56,543 nt of DNA from assembly GCA_963721525.1 (NCBI GenBank), contig CAVRJL010000003.1, positions 1-56,543 on the forward strand, given 5' to 3'. This document shows, one piece after another, positions 31,045-42,542 of the stretch. Under the pieces are notes generated by a model. It ran no database searches, had not been told where the DNA came from, and saw only the letters and a list, made by a program, of their open reading frames with translations. Each line of letters opens with the position of its first letter. The stretch's first letter is position 1. The stretch comes from an uncultured Negativicutes bacterium. GTDB lineage: Bacteria > Bacillota > Negativicutes > JBAXTZ01. The position numbers and the translations under genes are program-made.

Positions 31045-31935
31045 ATGCAAAAAATACTTATTATTGATTATAATAATACTTATTATGGGCCTACGGCTGA
31101 AGTTATTTTACGTAAACTTATAAAAAATTATAATTTAAAAAATATAGTTGTTTTTTCCGCAGGGGTCGTCGTAAATAAAGGGGAAAAAGTTCCTGAAAAA
31201 GTACTTAACTTACTTAAAGAAAAAGGATTATCTGTAGAAAATTTTACAAGTAGACAATTAATACCTGAATATTTAGATAATGCTGACTTAATTTTAACAA
31301 TGTCAAAAGAACAAAAAGAAATTATCCAAAATATAAAATTTGCTCATAATAAAAAAATTATTACTTTAAAGGAATTTGCTGAAGAAGAAGGAGAGATTAT
31401 TGAATTATATGAGCAATCAATAGCTGTTTATAGTGCTTTCTTTGATGAAATGATGTGCCTATTGGAAAAGTCAATAAGAAAAATAGCTGCCTATTTTAAA
31501 ATAGTAATTGGCAGTGATCATGGTGGTTGCAAATTAAAAAAAGAAATAAAAACGTTTTTAAAGGAAATAAATATAGTATGTAAAGATATTGGCTGTTTCG
31601 AAAATGAAATTGTAGATTATCCTGATATAGCAGCATATGCTGGACAAATGGTCAGTAGAGGAATTTTTCAACGTGGTATTTTAATATGTGGTACAGGTAT
31701 AGGTATAAGTATTGCAGCTAACAAAATAAAAGGCATAAGAGCAGCTGTTTGCAATGATGGATTTTCTGCTAAAATGTCTAGAGAGCATAACAATTCAAAT
31801 ATTCTTTGTTTAGGAGAAAGAGTGATTGGAATAGGATTAGCTTGTATGATAACTGAAGTATGGTTAAAAAGTAATTTTATTGGTGGTCGACATGAAATAC
31901 GATTGAATAAAATTTCTAATATGGAATTAAGGTAG
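31045..31935 (+). CDS. rpiB: Fusion of a degenerate LMW-PTP/YwlE-like domain and ribose-5-phosphate isomerase B
   Basis: N-terminal half has LMW-PTP landmarks (SAG, SRQL, ADLILTM) without CX5R; C-terminal half GSDHGG, VDYPD, ICGTGIGISIAANK, SREHNNSN, FIGGRH. Confidence 0.9.
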   Translation: MQKILIIDYNNTYYGPTAEVILRKLIKNYNLKNIVVFSAGVVVNKGEKVPEKVLNLLKEKGLSVENFTSRQLIPEYLDNADLILTMSKEQKEIIQNIKFAHNKKIITLKEFAEEEGEIIELYEQSIAVYSAFFDEMMCLLEKSIRKIAAYFKIVIGSDHGGCKLKKEIKTFLKEINIVCKDIGCFENEIVDYPDIAAYAGQMVSRGIFQRGILICGTGIGISIAANKIKGIRAAVCNDGFSAKMSREHNNSNILCLGERVIGIGLACMITEVWLKSNFIGGRHEIRLNKISNMELR

Positions 31936-31941
31936 CTAATT

Positions 31942-32511
31942 ATGAATAGAGAATTATATAAAAATAATATTAAATTGATAATAAAACAAACGGAAAATGT
32001 TTTAAAAGAAGTTTTAACTCTATCGCAAATAGAAAAAGGTTTAGTAGTGATAGGATGCAGCACAAGTGCAATTAATGGTGAAAAAATAGGGAGTAATGGG
32101 TCACATCAATTAGCTGAAGATATTTTTAATGTTTTAAACACTAGTCCCGATTTAATTAAATTTAATTTAGCGTTTCAATGTTGTGAGCATTTGAATAGGG
32201 CAATAGTAATGGAGAGAAGAATAGCTGAAAAGTTTAATTACGAAGAAGTAAAAGTTCTGCCTAAAATATACGCTGGAGGCGCTCTTGCTACAATTGCTTA
32301 TAAATATTGTTCTAATCCGATAATTGTTGAATTCATAAAAGCTGATATAGGAATTGATATTGGAGGAGTTATGGTGGGTATGCATATAAAACATGTTGCG
32401 GTTCCTTTAAAACTTAAGAATAATTTTATTGGGGGAGCTTTAGTTATTGCTGCAAAATATCGCCCAAAGCTTATAGGTGGAGAAAGGGCAAGTTATGGCA
32501 ATCAGATATAA
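31942..32511 (+). CDS. ywlG: YwlG / TIGR01440 (DUF436) family protein
   Basis: VIGCSTS, FQCCEHLNRA, AGGA, GMHIKHVAVP, RPKLIGGERA. Confidence 0.93.
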   Translation: MNRELYKNNIKLIIKQTENVLKEVLTLSQIEKGLVVIGCSTSAINGEKIGSNGSHQLAEDIFNVLNTSPDLIKFNLAFQCCEHLNRAIVMERRIAEKFNYEEVKVLPKIYAGGALATIAYKYCSNPIIVEFIKADIGIDIGGVMVGMHIKHVAVPLKLKNNFIGGALVIAAKYRPKLIGGERASYGNQI

Positions 32512-32778
32512 AAAGTTAATAAAAAAAGATATAAAATAAAGAAGTATTTCAAATATATAGAAACTGTCTTTCTAAAAGTTAAAATAAATTAATAAAAATT
32601 ATAATATTATTATAGATTTAACTTAATAATTAGGATAATATAAAAGTCAATAAAAAATAAAAACTAAATAATATAGCTTGTATTTTAGGATATGCTTAGT
32701 ATATCTTTTATTATAACTATTTTAAAATAAATAAAGTTATAATAGAGTTTTACATATTATTTTTAGGAGGATATAGGT

Positions 32779-34014
32779 ATGGAAAATCTTAAAAATTTTG
32801 ACCAAGAAATATTTAATGCGATTGGGGCAGAATTAAGACGTCAAAAAAATACAATTGAATTGATTGCATCAGAAAATTTTGTTTCAAGAGCTGTTCTTGA
32901 GGCAGCGGGTTCTGTACTTACAAATAAATATGCAGAAGGTTATCCTGGTAAAAGATATTATGGAGGATGCGAGTGTGTTGATATTGCTGAAAAATTAGCC
33001 ATTGAACGTGTAAAATTGTTATTTAGCGCAGAACATGCTAATGTTCAACCTCATTCGGGAGCACAAGCTAACGAAGCTGTTTATTTCGCCTTTTTACGGC
33101 CAGGAGATACTGTATTAGGAATGAACTTATCTCATGGAGGACATCTTACTCATGGTAGCCCTGTTAATATATCTGGAAGTTACTATAATTTTGTTGCTTA
33201 CGGTGTAAACCCTGAAAGCTTTACGATTGATTATGAGGAAGTAAGAAAAATTGCACTTAAGCATAAACCCAAAATGCTTGTTGCTGGAGCAAGTGCATAT
33301 TCGCGTGAAATAAATTTTGCTAAGTTGTCGGAAATCTCTAAAGAGATCGGGGCTATATTTATGGTTGATATGGCGCATATTGCAGGTTTGGTTGCTACTG
33401 GCTTACACCAAAGTCCAGTACCTTTTTCGGATGTTGTAACAAGTACTACTCATAAGACATTACGTGGAATACGTGGAGCTTTTATTTTATGCAAAACTGA
33501 GCATGCTGCTAAAATTGATAAAGCTGTTTTTCCTGGAATGCAAGGGGGTCCTTTAATGCATATTATTGCTGCAAAAGCAGTTGGATTTAAAGAAGCGTTA
33601 CAGCCTGAATTTAAAGAATATCAAAAGCAAATTGTAAAAAATGCAAAGACTCTTGCAAATACTCTTGTAGAAGAAGGATTTACTATTTTATCAGGAGGAA
33701 CGGATAATCATCTAATGTTAATGGATGTTCGTAGTGTTAATCTGACAGGAAAAGAGGCAGAAAATCTCCTTGGTGAGTGTGGTATTACCGTTAATAAGAA
33801 TGCTATTCCCTTTGATACGGCAAGCCCTTTTATAACTAGTGGTATCCGTTTAGGAACACCTGCATGTACTACACGAGGTTTAGTAGAAAGAGATATGTTT
33901 GAATTAGCAAAAATTTTCAAGCTAGTACTAAGAAATCCGCATGATGAAAATATAAAGAAGGAAGTTAAAATAAAAGTTGAGGATATTTGCAAAAAATATC
34001 CTTTATATGCTTAA
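32779..34014 (+). CDS. glyA: Serine hydroxymethyltransferase
   Basis: [43 protein letters not shown]. Confidence 0.99.
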   Translation: MENLKNFDQEIFNAIGAELRRQKNTIELIASENFVSRAVLEAAGSVLTNKYAEGYPGKRYYGGCECVDIAEKLAIERVKLLFSAEHANVQPHSGAQANEAVYFAFLRPGDTVLGMNLSHGGHLTHGSPVNISGSYYNFVAYGVNPESFTIDYEEVRKIALKHKPKMLVAGASAYSREINFAKLSEISKEIGAIFMVDMAHIAGLVATGLHQSPVPFSDVVTSTTHKTLRGIRGAFILCKTEHAAKIDKAVFPGMQGGPLMHIIAAKAVGFKEALQPEFKEYQKQIVKNAKTLANTLVEEGFTILSGGTDNHLMLMDVRSVNLTGKEAENLLGECGITVNKNAIPFDTASPFITSGIRLGTPACTTRGLVERDMFELAKIFKLVLRNPHDENIKKEVKIKVEDICKKYPLYA

Positions 34015-34023
34015 ACAGATAAA

Positions 34024-34650
34024 ATGAAAGTAAATGTTATTAAACATCCACTTATTCAACATAAGTTCACGTTGCTCAGAGATAAAAATACTGGACCTAA
34101 AGAATTTAGGGAGTTGCTCACAGAGATAGGTTTATTAATGGGGTTTGAGATCACAAGAGAAGTACCTTTAGGTGATGTTGAAGTTGAAACTCCTGTAGCG
34201 AAATGTAAAGCAAAAATGATTTCAGGACGTAAAATAGCTATAATTGTTATTTTAAGAGCAGGGCTAGGTATGGCGGATGGTTTGATTAAGTTAATCCCCT
34301 TAGCTAAGATTGGTCATATTGGTTGTTATAGAGATCCTCAAACGTTAAACCCTATTGAATATTATTGTAAGTTGCCTGCTGATATTGATGAAAGAAATAT
34401 TGTTTTAGTAGATCCTATGCTGGCCACAGGAGGTTCAGCTGAAGCAGCAATAAGTCTAATAAAGGCAAAAGGTGGTAAAAATATAAAATTTATGAGCCTT
34501 GTTGCTGCTCCTGAAGGAATAAAGTTCATAAATAATACTCATCCTGATGTTGAGATTTTTGTTGCTCAAGTGGATGATTGTCTTAATGAGTATGGTTATA
34601 TTGTACCTGGATTAGGAGACGCCGGAGATAGAATTTTTGGAACAAGATAA
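34024..34650 (+). CDS. upp: Uracil phosphoribosyltransferase
   Basis: [30 protein letters not shown]. Confidence 0.98.
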   Translation: MKVNVIKHPLIQHKFTLLRDKNTGPKEFRELLTEIGLLMGFEITREVPLGDVEVETPVAKCKAKMISGRKIAIIVILRAGLGMADGLIKLIPLAKIGHIGCYRDPQTLNPIEYYCKLPADIDERNIVLVDPMLATGGSAEAAISLIKAKGGKNIKFMSLVAAPEGIKFINNTHPDVEIFVAQVDDCLNEYGYIVPGLGDAGDRIFGTR

Positions 34651-34706
34651 ATATGTTATTTCAATAGGCTGTTATAATATATTTATTAAAGGTATTACAA
34701 TATACT

Positions 34707-35489
34707 ATGATTAAAAAAATTAGTAATGATAACAATCATGTAATTGCTGCATTTTTAGAGAAAGAGGCTGAACAAAATTTTTTCATGTTAGGAAATATTG
34801 AAAATCATGGTTACAAATCAATATTTCATGATGTTTGGGGAGATTTTGATAGTAGTGCTAAAGTTAAAGCCGTTCTTTCTCGGTATTATGGTTTTTTTAT
34901 TATAACTGCATATGGCGAACATGATGAAAAAGGTTTTTCTAATATAATTCGTAACCATTATTCATTTCAGTCCCTTTTAGGCACAAAAAATAATATAGAA
35001 AAATATGGGAAAATTCTTAATTTAAAACCTAATATTAAATATTTAATGAAATTAGAAACATTAAGTGATTTAAAAGTTAATGAAAGTAAAGTTGAATTAG
35101 CAAAATTAGATGATGTACATAAAATCGATGATTTATTTGTGTCTATAAAAGAGTTTGGTTTTAAAAAAGGAGAAATTACCGAAAGATATTTAAATACAGT
35201 AAAAACAAAAGAAGCTCGATATTTTATAATTCGCAATAACAGAGAAATAATAGCTTGTGCAGCTACTGCTGCAGAAAATAGTCGTTCGGCAATGATAGTT
35301 TCAGTATGTTGTAGAGATAAATTTACGGGGAAAGGATATGCTACTAGCTGTGTATTTATCCTTTGTAAAACACTAAAAAACGAAAGTAAATCATTATGCT
35401 TATTGGTGGATAATCCCAATGCTCAACGTTTATATAAAAAAATTGGTTTTGAAAAAATTGGAGAATTTGTGCTGCTGGAAAAAAAGTGA
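34707..35489 (+). CDS. GNAT family N-acetyltransferase
   Basis: C-terminal VCCRDKFTGKGYA and NPNAQRLYKKIGF. Confidence 0.85.
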   Translation: MIKKISNDNNHVIAAFLEKEAEQNFFMLGNIENHGYKSIFHDVWGDFDSSAKVKAVLSRYYGFFIITAYGEHDEKGFSNIIRNHYSFQSLLGTKNNIEKYGKILNLKPNIKYLMKLETLSDLKVNESKVELAKLDDVHKIDDLFVSIKEFGFKKGEITERYLNTVKTKEARYFIIRNNREIIACAATAAENSRSAMIVSVCCRDKFTGKGYATSCVFILCKTLKNESKSLCLLVDNPNAQRLYKKIGFEKIGEFVLLEKK

Positions 35490-35730
35490 ATATATTTTAC
35501 GAAAATCCACATGTTTATACATGCTTGTAGCGGAATTTTATTTTTACCTGGATATAATGAATTTGCGATTGATGAAAATATATCATAATGTTGTATAAGC
35601 GTGTATAGAAAAATTAATAATTTAAAATTTATGCAAATTTTAATAAGTAGAAAACTTGTCCTTGTTACTATAATATTAAACAATGTTAAATATATTATAA
35701 ATTAGGCAAGTGTTTATCATGAAAAGTTAG

Positions 35731-37836
35731 GTGTTAATAAATTTTATGTTTAATGATAGACAATATAATATAAATAAATCAAAAAAAAATAATAGGAAAG
35801 GTTTTTTAATTTTGGTTTGTTTTATACTAACTACAAGTGTTGGATTAGGTTATTGCTTATCTGGAGCTGTTATTGACCGTATGGTAAACTTAAGAGAAGA
35901 TATGCGTCCTGATATAGCAACAGAATTATATTATTCAGATGGATTATTACTTACTACTTTAAAGGGTAGCGAGCAATACACGCCTGTGAGTATTAATGAA
36001 ATACCGAAAAATTTAAAAAACGCTTTTATTGCTGCTGAAGACACACGTTTTTATAAACATTTTGGAATAGATTTTATCGCTATTTTTCGCGCTTTAATTG
36101 CAAATATAAAAGCAAGGAATATTGTTGAAGGTGGTGGAACAATTACACAACAATTAGTTAGAAACTCTCTTGTAAGCAAAAAAATTAGTTTTATAAGAAA
36201 ATTGAAAGAACAGTTTTTTGCAGTTTTAATTGAATTAAAATACTCCAAAGATGAAATTTTAGAAATGTATATGAATCGTATTTATTTTGGAGCGGGTGCT
36301 TACGGTGTAGAAAATGCAGCTCAAACTTATTTTGGGAAAAAAGTTAAAAATCTTAATTTATCTGAAAGCTCACTAATAGCAGGTATAACTAATAGTCCCG
36401 CATATTATTCTCCTTTTAATAGTTTGGAGCATGCAAAAAAACGTCAGAAAATAGTGTTAGATCGCATGGTTGCCGCTGGATTTATAACTCAAAAAGAATC
36501 TGAACAAGCAAAAAACGCTAACCTTAAATTTATTAAGCAAATCGATAAATATTATAAAAAAGGTAACTATTTTATTGATTATATTGTTCAGCAATTAATT
36601 GAAGAATATGGAGCTAAACAAGTTTATCATGATGGACTTAAAGTATATACTACGTTGGATTATAATATGCAAAATGCAGCAGAAAATGCTATAAGCAATA
36701 ATTTGCCAGTATATTTTAAGGATAGCGCAGGTTTATGTCAACCTCAAGCAGCATTACTAGCGATAGAACCATCAACAGGATATATTAAAGCAATGGTAGG
36801 AGGCAGAGGCACTGATGATTATAATCGTTCTGTTATGGCTCAAAGACAGCCTGGATCGGCTTTTAAACCTTTTGTATACTTGACAGCTTTGCAAAATAGT
36901 ATATATCCTAATACGATAATAGAAGATGTACCTACAAAATTTGGGGATTATGAACCTCATAATTATGACTATTCATTTCACGGAAAGGTTACAGTGAGAG
37001 AAGCATTATATAAATCATTAAACGTTGCCACAACTAGGTTGTGTTATGATATAGGTGTAGAGAAAATTTTAAACAATGCAGAATTACTTGGTATTTCAAC
37101 AATAGTTCGAATTGGAGAAGCAAATGATATGAATCTATCGTCTTCCTTAGGAGGACTGACCAAAGGTGTAACAGTAATGGATATGACCGGTGCTTATTGC
37201 ACTTTTGCAAATCAGGGGAAAAAAATAAAGCCTATGGGGATTATAAAAGTAGAAGATTTTAGTGGTAAAATACTTATGACTTATGGTCAGAAAAATAAAC
37301 AAATTATAAGTAAAGAAATAATTAGTAATCTTGTTGATATGATGCAAGATGTCATTAAAATTGGAACAGGGTATAATGCTTCTATAGGAAGACCTGCTGC
37401 AGGTAAAACGGGGACTACTAACGATAATAAAGATGCGTGGTTCATAGGATTTACACCCGATTTATGTGCCTCAGTTTGGATGGGTTGCGATTCCCCACAT
37501 AAAATGGGGAATGTAACTGGCGGGGATGTGCCAGCTATTATTTGGAAAAAATTTATGCTTGAAGCGTTAAGCAGTTTATCTATAAAACCTTTTTCTTTGA
37601 CTTATGGGGTTAAAAAAATAAATAACAATTCACAAAATAGAGAACTAAAGAAAGTAGACTTAGCTCCTAAAGATACTACCAGCCAAGTGTTGATTGATAC
37701 TCGTGAAGATAATAAAACAAAAACATTGCAGCAAAAAGAATATAAAGAACAGAAAAATAATAAAGAAGAAAATAGTCCAGAAACTTCTCATAAAGAAATA
37801 GAAATATCAGATCAAAAAGAAGAAAAACCAACGTAA
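35731..37836 (+). CDS. Class A penicillin-binding protein (PBP1A family)
   Basis: EDTRFYKHFGID, GGGTITQQ, RKLKE, RQPGSAFK (SxxK), SLN, KTG; low-complexity charged tail. Confidence 0.96.
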   Translation: MLINFMFNDRQYNINKSKKNNRKGFLILVCFILTTSVGLGYCLSGAVIDRMVNLREDMRPDIATELYYSDGLLLTTLKGSEQYTPVSINEIPKNLKNAFIAAEDTRFYKHFGIDFIAIFRALIANIKARNIVEGGGTITQQLVRNSLVSKKISFIRKLKEQFFAVLIELKYSKDEILEMYMNRIYFGAGAYGVENAAQTYFGKKVKNLNLSESSLIAGITNSPAYYSPFNSLEHAKKRQKIVLDRMVAAGFITQKESEQAKNANLKFIKQIDKYYKKGNYFIDYIVQQLIEEYGAKQVYHDGLKVYTTLDYNMQNAAENAISNNLPVYFKDSAGLCQPQAALLAIEPSTGYIKAMVGGRGTDDYNRSVMAQRQPGSAFKPFVYLTALQNSIYPNTIIEDVPTKFGDYEPHNYDYSFHGKVTVREALYKSLNVATTRLCYDIGVEKILNNAELLGISTIVRIGEANDMNLSSSLGGLTKGVTVMDMTGAYCTFANQGKKIKPMGIIKVEDFSGKILMTYGQKNKQIISKEIISNLVDMMQDVIKIGTGYNASIGRPAAGKTGTTNDNKDAWFIGFTPDLCASVWMGCDSPHKMGNVTGGDVPAIIWKKFMLEALSSLSIKPFSLTYGVKKINNNSQNRELKKVDLAPKDTTSQVLIDTREDNKTKTLQQKEYKEQKNNKEENSPETSHKEIEISDQKEEKPT

Positions 37837-38301
37837 ATTATATTTATATAAAATTAAGTATAAAATTAAGCTAAAAGTAAATTAACGTTGTTGATAAAAT
37901 AAAATTTTCAATATATTATAAAAATGCTATGTGAGGATAACGTAGAATTTATGTTAGCAACGGTTTCTATTTAATATCATATTTAAATTTGCAAAGCATA
38001 CTTGTTATTCATGAGGTAGAAAACTTCAAAGATGTTGTCAATTCTTATAATAATAGGTAAAAATAAGGAAAATGATAAAAGTATATATAAATTTATGAGA
38101 AAAAATATATGGGATAGCCCTAATTCCCTATAAATATTTGACGGTGTAATTATTGCGATGTATAATTTCGTACATGATAATAATAAATGGAAGTAATTAA
38201 AAATCAAATAACTTTTAAATGAGTTTATTGTGAAATTTATTAATAATTTATGAGGTTTTTATTAATAATTAGTCGTTTGTTTAAATTATTGGAGGTTTTA
38301 A

Positions 38302-38976
38302 ATGGTAATAAATGAGTACATTGACCATACATTAGTAAAACCTGAAGCTACGTTAAAGCAAATTGAACAGCTCTGTGTGGAAGCTATGGAAAACCATTTT
38401 ATGGCAGTTTGTGTTAATCCTTTTTTTGCAAAAGTCGCAAAAAATTTTTTAATAAGCAGTGATGTGAAAATATGTACAGTAATAGGATTTCCTTTCGGGA
38501 TGACTACAATAGAAACAAAAGAATTTGAAACTGAGGATGCTATTAAAAATGGTACGGATGAGATAGATATGGTAATGAATATAGGAGCGGCAAAAAGTGC
38601 TGCTTGGGATTATGTATATGAAGATATTTTTGCGATAGCAAAGGTAGTTCATGATCAGGGAAAGCTTTTAAAAGTTATTGTAGAAACTTCTTTACTTACA
38701 GAAGAAGAAAAAAATATTGTCTGCGGTGTTGTTATTGAAGCAGGAGCCGATTTCATAAAAAACTCAACAGGGTTTTCCGGAAATAGTGCTACTACTGAAG
38801 ATATAAAATTAATAGTAAAAAATTGTGGTGGTAAAATTGGAATAAAAGCTTCAGGGCGTATACGAGATTATAAAACGGCAAAACAATTTATTGAATTAGG
38901 AGCTACTCGTATTGGAACAAGTGCAGGTACAATAATTATGAATGAAGAAAAAGGAATAAGGAATAAAAATCAATAA
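38302..38976 (+). CDS. deoC: Deoxyribose-phosphate aldolase
   Basis: IDHTL, CTVIGFPFG, EIDMV, KVIVET, FIKNSTGF, RIGTS. Confidence 0.95.
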   Translation: MVINEYIDHTLVKPEATLKQIEQLCVEAMENHFMAVCVNPFFAKVAKNFLISSDVKICTVIGFPFGMTTIETKEFETEDAIKNGTDEIDMVMNIGAAKSAAWDYVYEDIFAIAKVVHDQGKLLKVIVETSLLTEEEKNIVCGVVIEAGADFIKNSTGFSGNSATTEDIKLIVKNCGGKIGIKASGRIRDYKTAKQFIELGATRIGTSAGTIIMNEEKGIRNKNQ

Positions 38977-39076
38977 TAATAGCATAAAGAATGATAAATT
39001 TAATAAGTCTAAGTAGGTTTGAGAAAAAACTTTATTAACAATATAATAAAGGGTTAAAGGATGTATTTTAAAACAC

Positions 39077-40477
39077 ATGAGAAAAAATATGGATAAATTT
39101 TTTACAGCAATTGTTCTTGCTGCAGGTAAAGGGACAAGAATGGGTTCTTTTTTACCAAAAGTGTTGCATAAAGTTGCCGGGAGAGCAATGATAGAATACA
39201 TTTTAGATTCTGCAATTTTTGCAGGTGCGAATAGAACTATTATTGTAGTAGGATATGGATCAAAATATATTTATAATCATAAAAAAATTATAGAAAAAGT
39301 TGAGTGTGTTTTACAAAAAGAGCAAAAAGGAACCGGACATGCGGTTATGTCGGTAGAAGATAAAATTAATGACGATGATACAACAATAATGGTTTTATGT
39401 GGAGACATGCCCCTTTTAAAGACTGAAACTTTATTGTCTTTGTATAAACAACATACAAAATCTAAAGCTGCTGTTACGTTGGTTACTACAAGAAGTATGC
39501 CTGATATCGGATATGGAAGAGTCATAAGATATAATGGAAAAGTAAGTAGAATAGTTGAAAAAAATGATTGTTCAAATAAAGAAATAAAGATATCAGAATA
39601 TAACTGTGGTATATATTGTTTTGAAAAAGAAAAATTATTTTTTAATCTTAAAAAAATTAGACCTTGCAATGTACAAAAAGAGTATTATTTAACTGATATT
39701 ATTGATATATTGAAAAAAAGTAATGAAAAAATTGAAACTTTTAGGATAAATGATTGGAATGAGGTAAGAGGAGTTAATTCTCGTATTGATTTAGCAGATG
39801 TAGACAAAATTATGAGAAAAAAGATAACAGAAAATCATATGAATAGTGGAATAATGATAATTGATCCACAAACTACTTATATTGACTTTGATGTTCAAAT
39901 AGGTGTAGATAGTATTATTTATCCTAATACAATACTAGAAGGTAAGACAATTATAGGAAAAAACTGTAAAATAGGTCCTAATACAATGATAAGTGACACA
40001 ATTATAGGAAATGAAACTATTGTAAATATGTCTTACGCTAAAGAGTGTGTTATTGGTAATAAAATTACTATAGGCCCTTTTAGCCATTTAAGGCCAAATA
40101 CGATTGTAAAAGATGAAGCTCGTTTGGGAAATTTTGTTGAAATAAAAAATTCAACTATAGGTAAAAAAAGTAAAGTATCCCATTTGAGTTATATAGGAGA
40201 TACAGAGATAAAGAATGGTGTAAATGTTGGTTGCGGTGTAGTTACAGTTAACTATAATGGAACTAATAAAAATAAAACACTTATAGAACAGGATTCTTTT
40301 ATTGGATGTAATACTAATCTAATAGCCCCAGTGACTATTGGAAACAATGCTTTTATAGCAGCAGGTTCAACAATTAGTGAAGATGTTCCTCCTTACGCTT
40401 TAGGAATTTCTCGATGTTATCAAAAAAACAAGCTAGATTGGACAAAAAAACGCGATAAAAAATCAAAAAATAAATAA
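39077..40477 (+). CDS. glmU: Bifunctional UDP-GlcNAc pyrophosphorylase / glucosamine-1-P acetyltransferase
   Basis: LAAGKGTRM, GTGHAV, EYYLTD, GNFVEIK, HLSYIGD, hexapeptide repeats. Confidence 0.98.
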   Translation: MRKNMDKFFTAIVLAAGKGTRMGSFLPKVLHKVAGRAMIEYILDSAIFAGANRTIIVVGYGSKYIYNHKKIIEKVECVLQKEQKGTGHAVMSVEDKINDDDTTIMVLCGDMPLLKTETLLSLYKQHTKSKAAVTLVTTRSMPDIGYGRVIRYNGKVSRIVEKNDCSNKEIKISEYNCGIYCFEKEKLFFNLKKIRPCNVQKEYYLTDIIDILKKSNEKIETFRINDWNEVRGVNSRIDLADVDKIMRKKITENHMNSGIMIIDPQTTYIDFDVQIGVDSIIYPNTILEGKTIIGKNCKIGPNTMISDTIIGNETIVNMSYAKECVIGNKITIGPFSHLRPNTIVKDEARLGNFVEIKNSTIGKKSKVSHLSYIGDTEIKNGVNVGCGVVTVNYNGTNKNKTLIEQDSFIGCNTNLIAPVTIGNNAFIAAGSTISEDVPPYALGISRCYQKNKLDWTKKRDKKSKNK

Positions 40478-40641
40478 GATAAGTTACTTAGCTTAAAAAG
40501 AAATAAAGTGCTAATTTATCTTTTTTTATGTTTCATTCACTCTATTTATGTTAGAATTTTTGTAGATACTTAATATTAATCATTTAAATAATAATTTAAA
40601 AGTGATGAGGTATAAAGTTCAATATATAGGGAGGCGTATTT

Positions 40642-41616
40642 TTGAATTTATTGAGAAGGAAGCTGAAAATTTTTACCGGAAATGCTAATTTGCAATTATC
40701 AAATGAAATTGTTGATTGTTTAGGCGTGGATTTAGGGAAAGCTATTGTAAGTAAGTTTAAGAATGGAGAAACACAAATTATTATAGAAGAAACAGTTCGA
40801 GGAGTTGATTGTTTTGTCATTCAATCGACATGTAATCCTGTTAATGACAATATTATAGAATTACTTATAATGATAGATGCACTTAAACGAGCTTCAGCGC
40901 GATCAGTTACAGCAATAATTCCTTGTTTTGCTTATGCTAGGCAAGACCGTAAAACAAGGGGACGAGAACCAGTTTCAGCAAAACTTATGGCTGATTTGTA
41001 TGTAACTGCTGGAATAAGTAGAATAATTACGATGGATTTACATGCTGGGCAAATTCAAGGGTTTTTTAATATACCTGTAGATCATTTGCCAGGAGTACCT
41101 ATTTTAGCAAATTATTTTGGTTTAAAAAATTTGCTTAATCTTGTAATTGTTTCGCCCGATTTAGGTGGAGTTACAAGGGCGAGAGTTATGGCAGATCTAT
41201 TACATGCATCAATTGCTATTATTGAAAAAAGGAGATCTCAACCTGGAGTTGCTGAAGTTGTTAATATAATTGGGAAGGTAAAAGGCAAAACGGCGATTAT
41301 AGTAGATGATATGGTTGATAGCGCTGAATCCTTATGCGAAGCAGCTAAGGAATTAGCAAATATCGGAGCAACAGAAATATATGCGTGCGCTACCCATGCT
41401 TTATTAAGTGGAAATGCTGTTGAAAAAATTCAAGAATCAGAAATAGGGGAGCTTGTAGTTACAAATACTATCCCATTAACACCTGAGAAGCGAATAGAAA
41501 AAATCACTGTGCTATCTGTAGCTCCTTTTCTTAGCAAATCTATTATGAGAATTTTCAGCGAACAATCAATGAGTGAGCTTTTTGAAGAAGAAAAAAAACT
41601 CAAATATTATATATAA
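40642..41616 (+). CDS. prs: Ribose-phosphate pyrophosphokinase
   Basis: AYARQDRK, DLHAGQIQGFF, VSPDLGGV, VDDMVDS; TTG start after GGGAGG. Confidence 0.98.
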   Translation: MNLLRRKLKIFTGNANLQLSNEIVDCLGVDLGKAIVSKFKNGETQIIIEETVRGVDCFVIQSTCNPVNDNIIELLIMIDALKRASARSVTAIIPCFAYARQDRKTRGREPVSAKLMADLYVTAGISRIITMDLHAGQIQGFFNIPVDHLPGVPILANYFGLKNLLNLVIVSPDLGGVTRARVMADLLHASIAIIEKRRSQPGVAEVVNIIGKVKGKTAIIVDDMVDSAESLCEAAKELANIGATEIYACATHALLSGNAVEKIQESEIGELVVTNTIPLTPEKRIEKITVLSVAPFLSKSIMRIFSEQSMSELFEEEKKLKYYI

Positions 41617-41807
41617 TATTTGAGTTTTTTAGAAAATTAAAAACGATTTCATACACAAATAGATTGAGTATAATATGACTAGAATAATCTTAGTATTTAA
41701 AAATAAATATAATTGAATAAGATAAGTATTTATTTTAAATAAAATTTATGTCATAGAATTTTTCGTATATTAATTATTATAGTTAATAATTTTCTAAGGA
41801 GGAAATT

Positions 41808-42368
41808 ATGGAAACAATTGTAAAGATTAAAGATGATATTGCAAATCCTACGCCACTTGGATTACTAGGTTTTGGTATGACTACATTATTATTAAATCTT
41901 CATAATGCAAGTATAATACCTTTCTCGGCTGTGCTTATAAGTACAGGTTTATTTTGTGGTGGTTTAGCACAAATTGTAGCAGGTATTTTAGAATTTAAAA
42001 AAAATAATACATTTGGGGCTACTGCATTTACCTTTTATGGCTTTTTCTGGTTATCGTTTGTTTGGATTTGGTTTTTACCAATTATAGGGATAACGGCTCC
42101 TGATAATCTTTCAATGGGATTTTATTTTCTCTTGTGGAGTATATTTACATTATGTTTAGCTGTTTGTAGTCTTAGTCAAAATAAAATAAATATATATATT
42201 TTTTGGTCCCTTTTTCTATTATTTATTTTGTTATCTATAGGATCATTTATGGATAAAAGATCAATTATTATGATAGCAGGCTGGGAAGGAATATTATGCG
42301 GAGGATTTGCTTTTTATTCGGCTATTTATCATATAATGAAGGAAGTTTTAAAAAAGCCTATCTTATAA
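41808..42368 (+). CDS. satP: Acetate uptake transporter (SatP/YaaH, GPR1/FUN34 family)
   Basis: ANPTPLGLLGFGMTT, GGLAQ, NTFGATAF..YGFFW. Confidence 0.9.
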   Translation: METIVKIKDDIANPTPLGLLGFGMTTLLLNLHNASIIPFSAVLISTGLFCGGLAQIVAGILEFKKNNTFGATAFTFYGFFWLSFVWIWFLPIIGITAPDNLSMGFYFLLWSIFTLCLAVCSLSQNKINIYIFWSLFLLFILLSIGSFMDKRSIIMIAGWEGILCGGFAFYSAIYHIMKEVLKKPIL

Positions 42369-42480
42369 CTTTAATATCAATAATGAATTTAATTTTCTAA
42401 TTCAATGTATAAACTGTATTATTATGTGTTTTTGTATAACAGAAGATAGAGTACTTCTATTTCAAGGATAATATCGTGTC

Positions 42481-42542
42481 TAACTATAAGAACTATAAAG
42501 TGAGTAAGAAAATTCGTACTCGCTTTATAGTTCTTATAGTTA
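42481..42542. repeat. Long near-perfect inverted repeat (~30-bp arms)
   Basis: TAACTATAAGAACTATAAAG...CTTTATAGTTCTTATAGTTA perfect outer 20 bp plus an imperfect inner stem. Confidence 0.9.

Noticed and set aside
37840-38300. 74-aa minus-strand ORF or pyrophosphatase-like relic on the plus strand
   Set aside because: Low-complexity ORF; the plus-strand fragment IFDGVIIAMY..DNNKW is too short to assign
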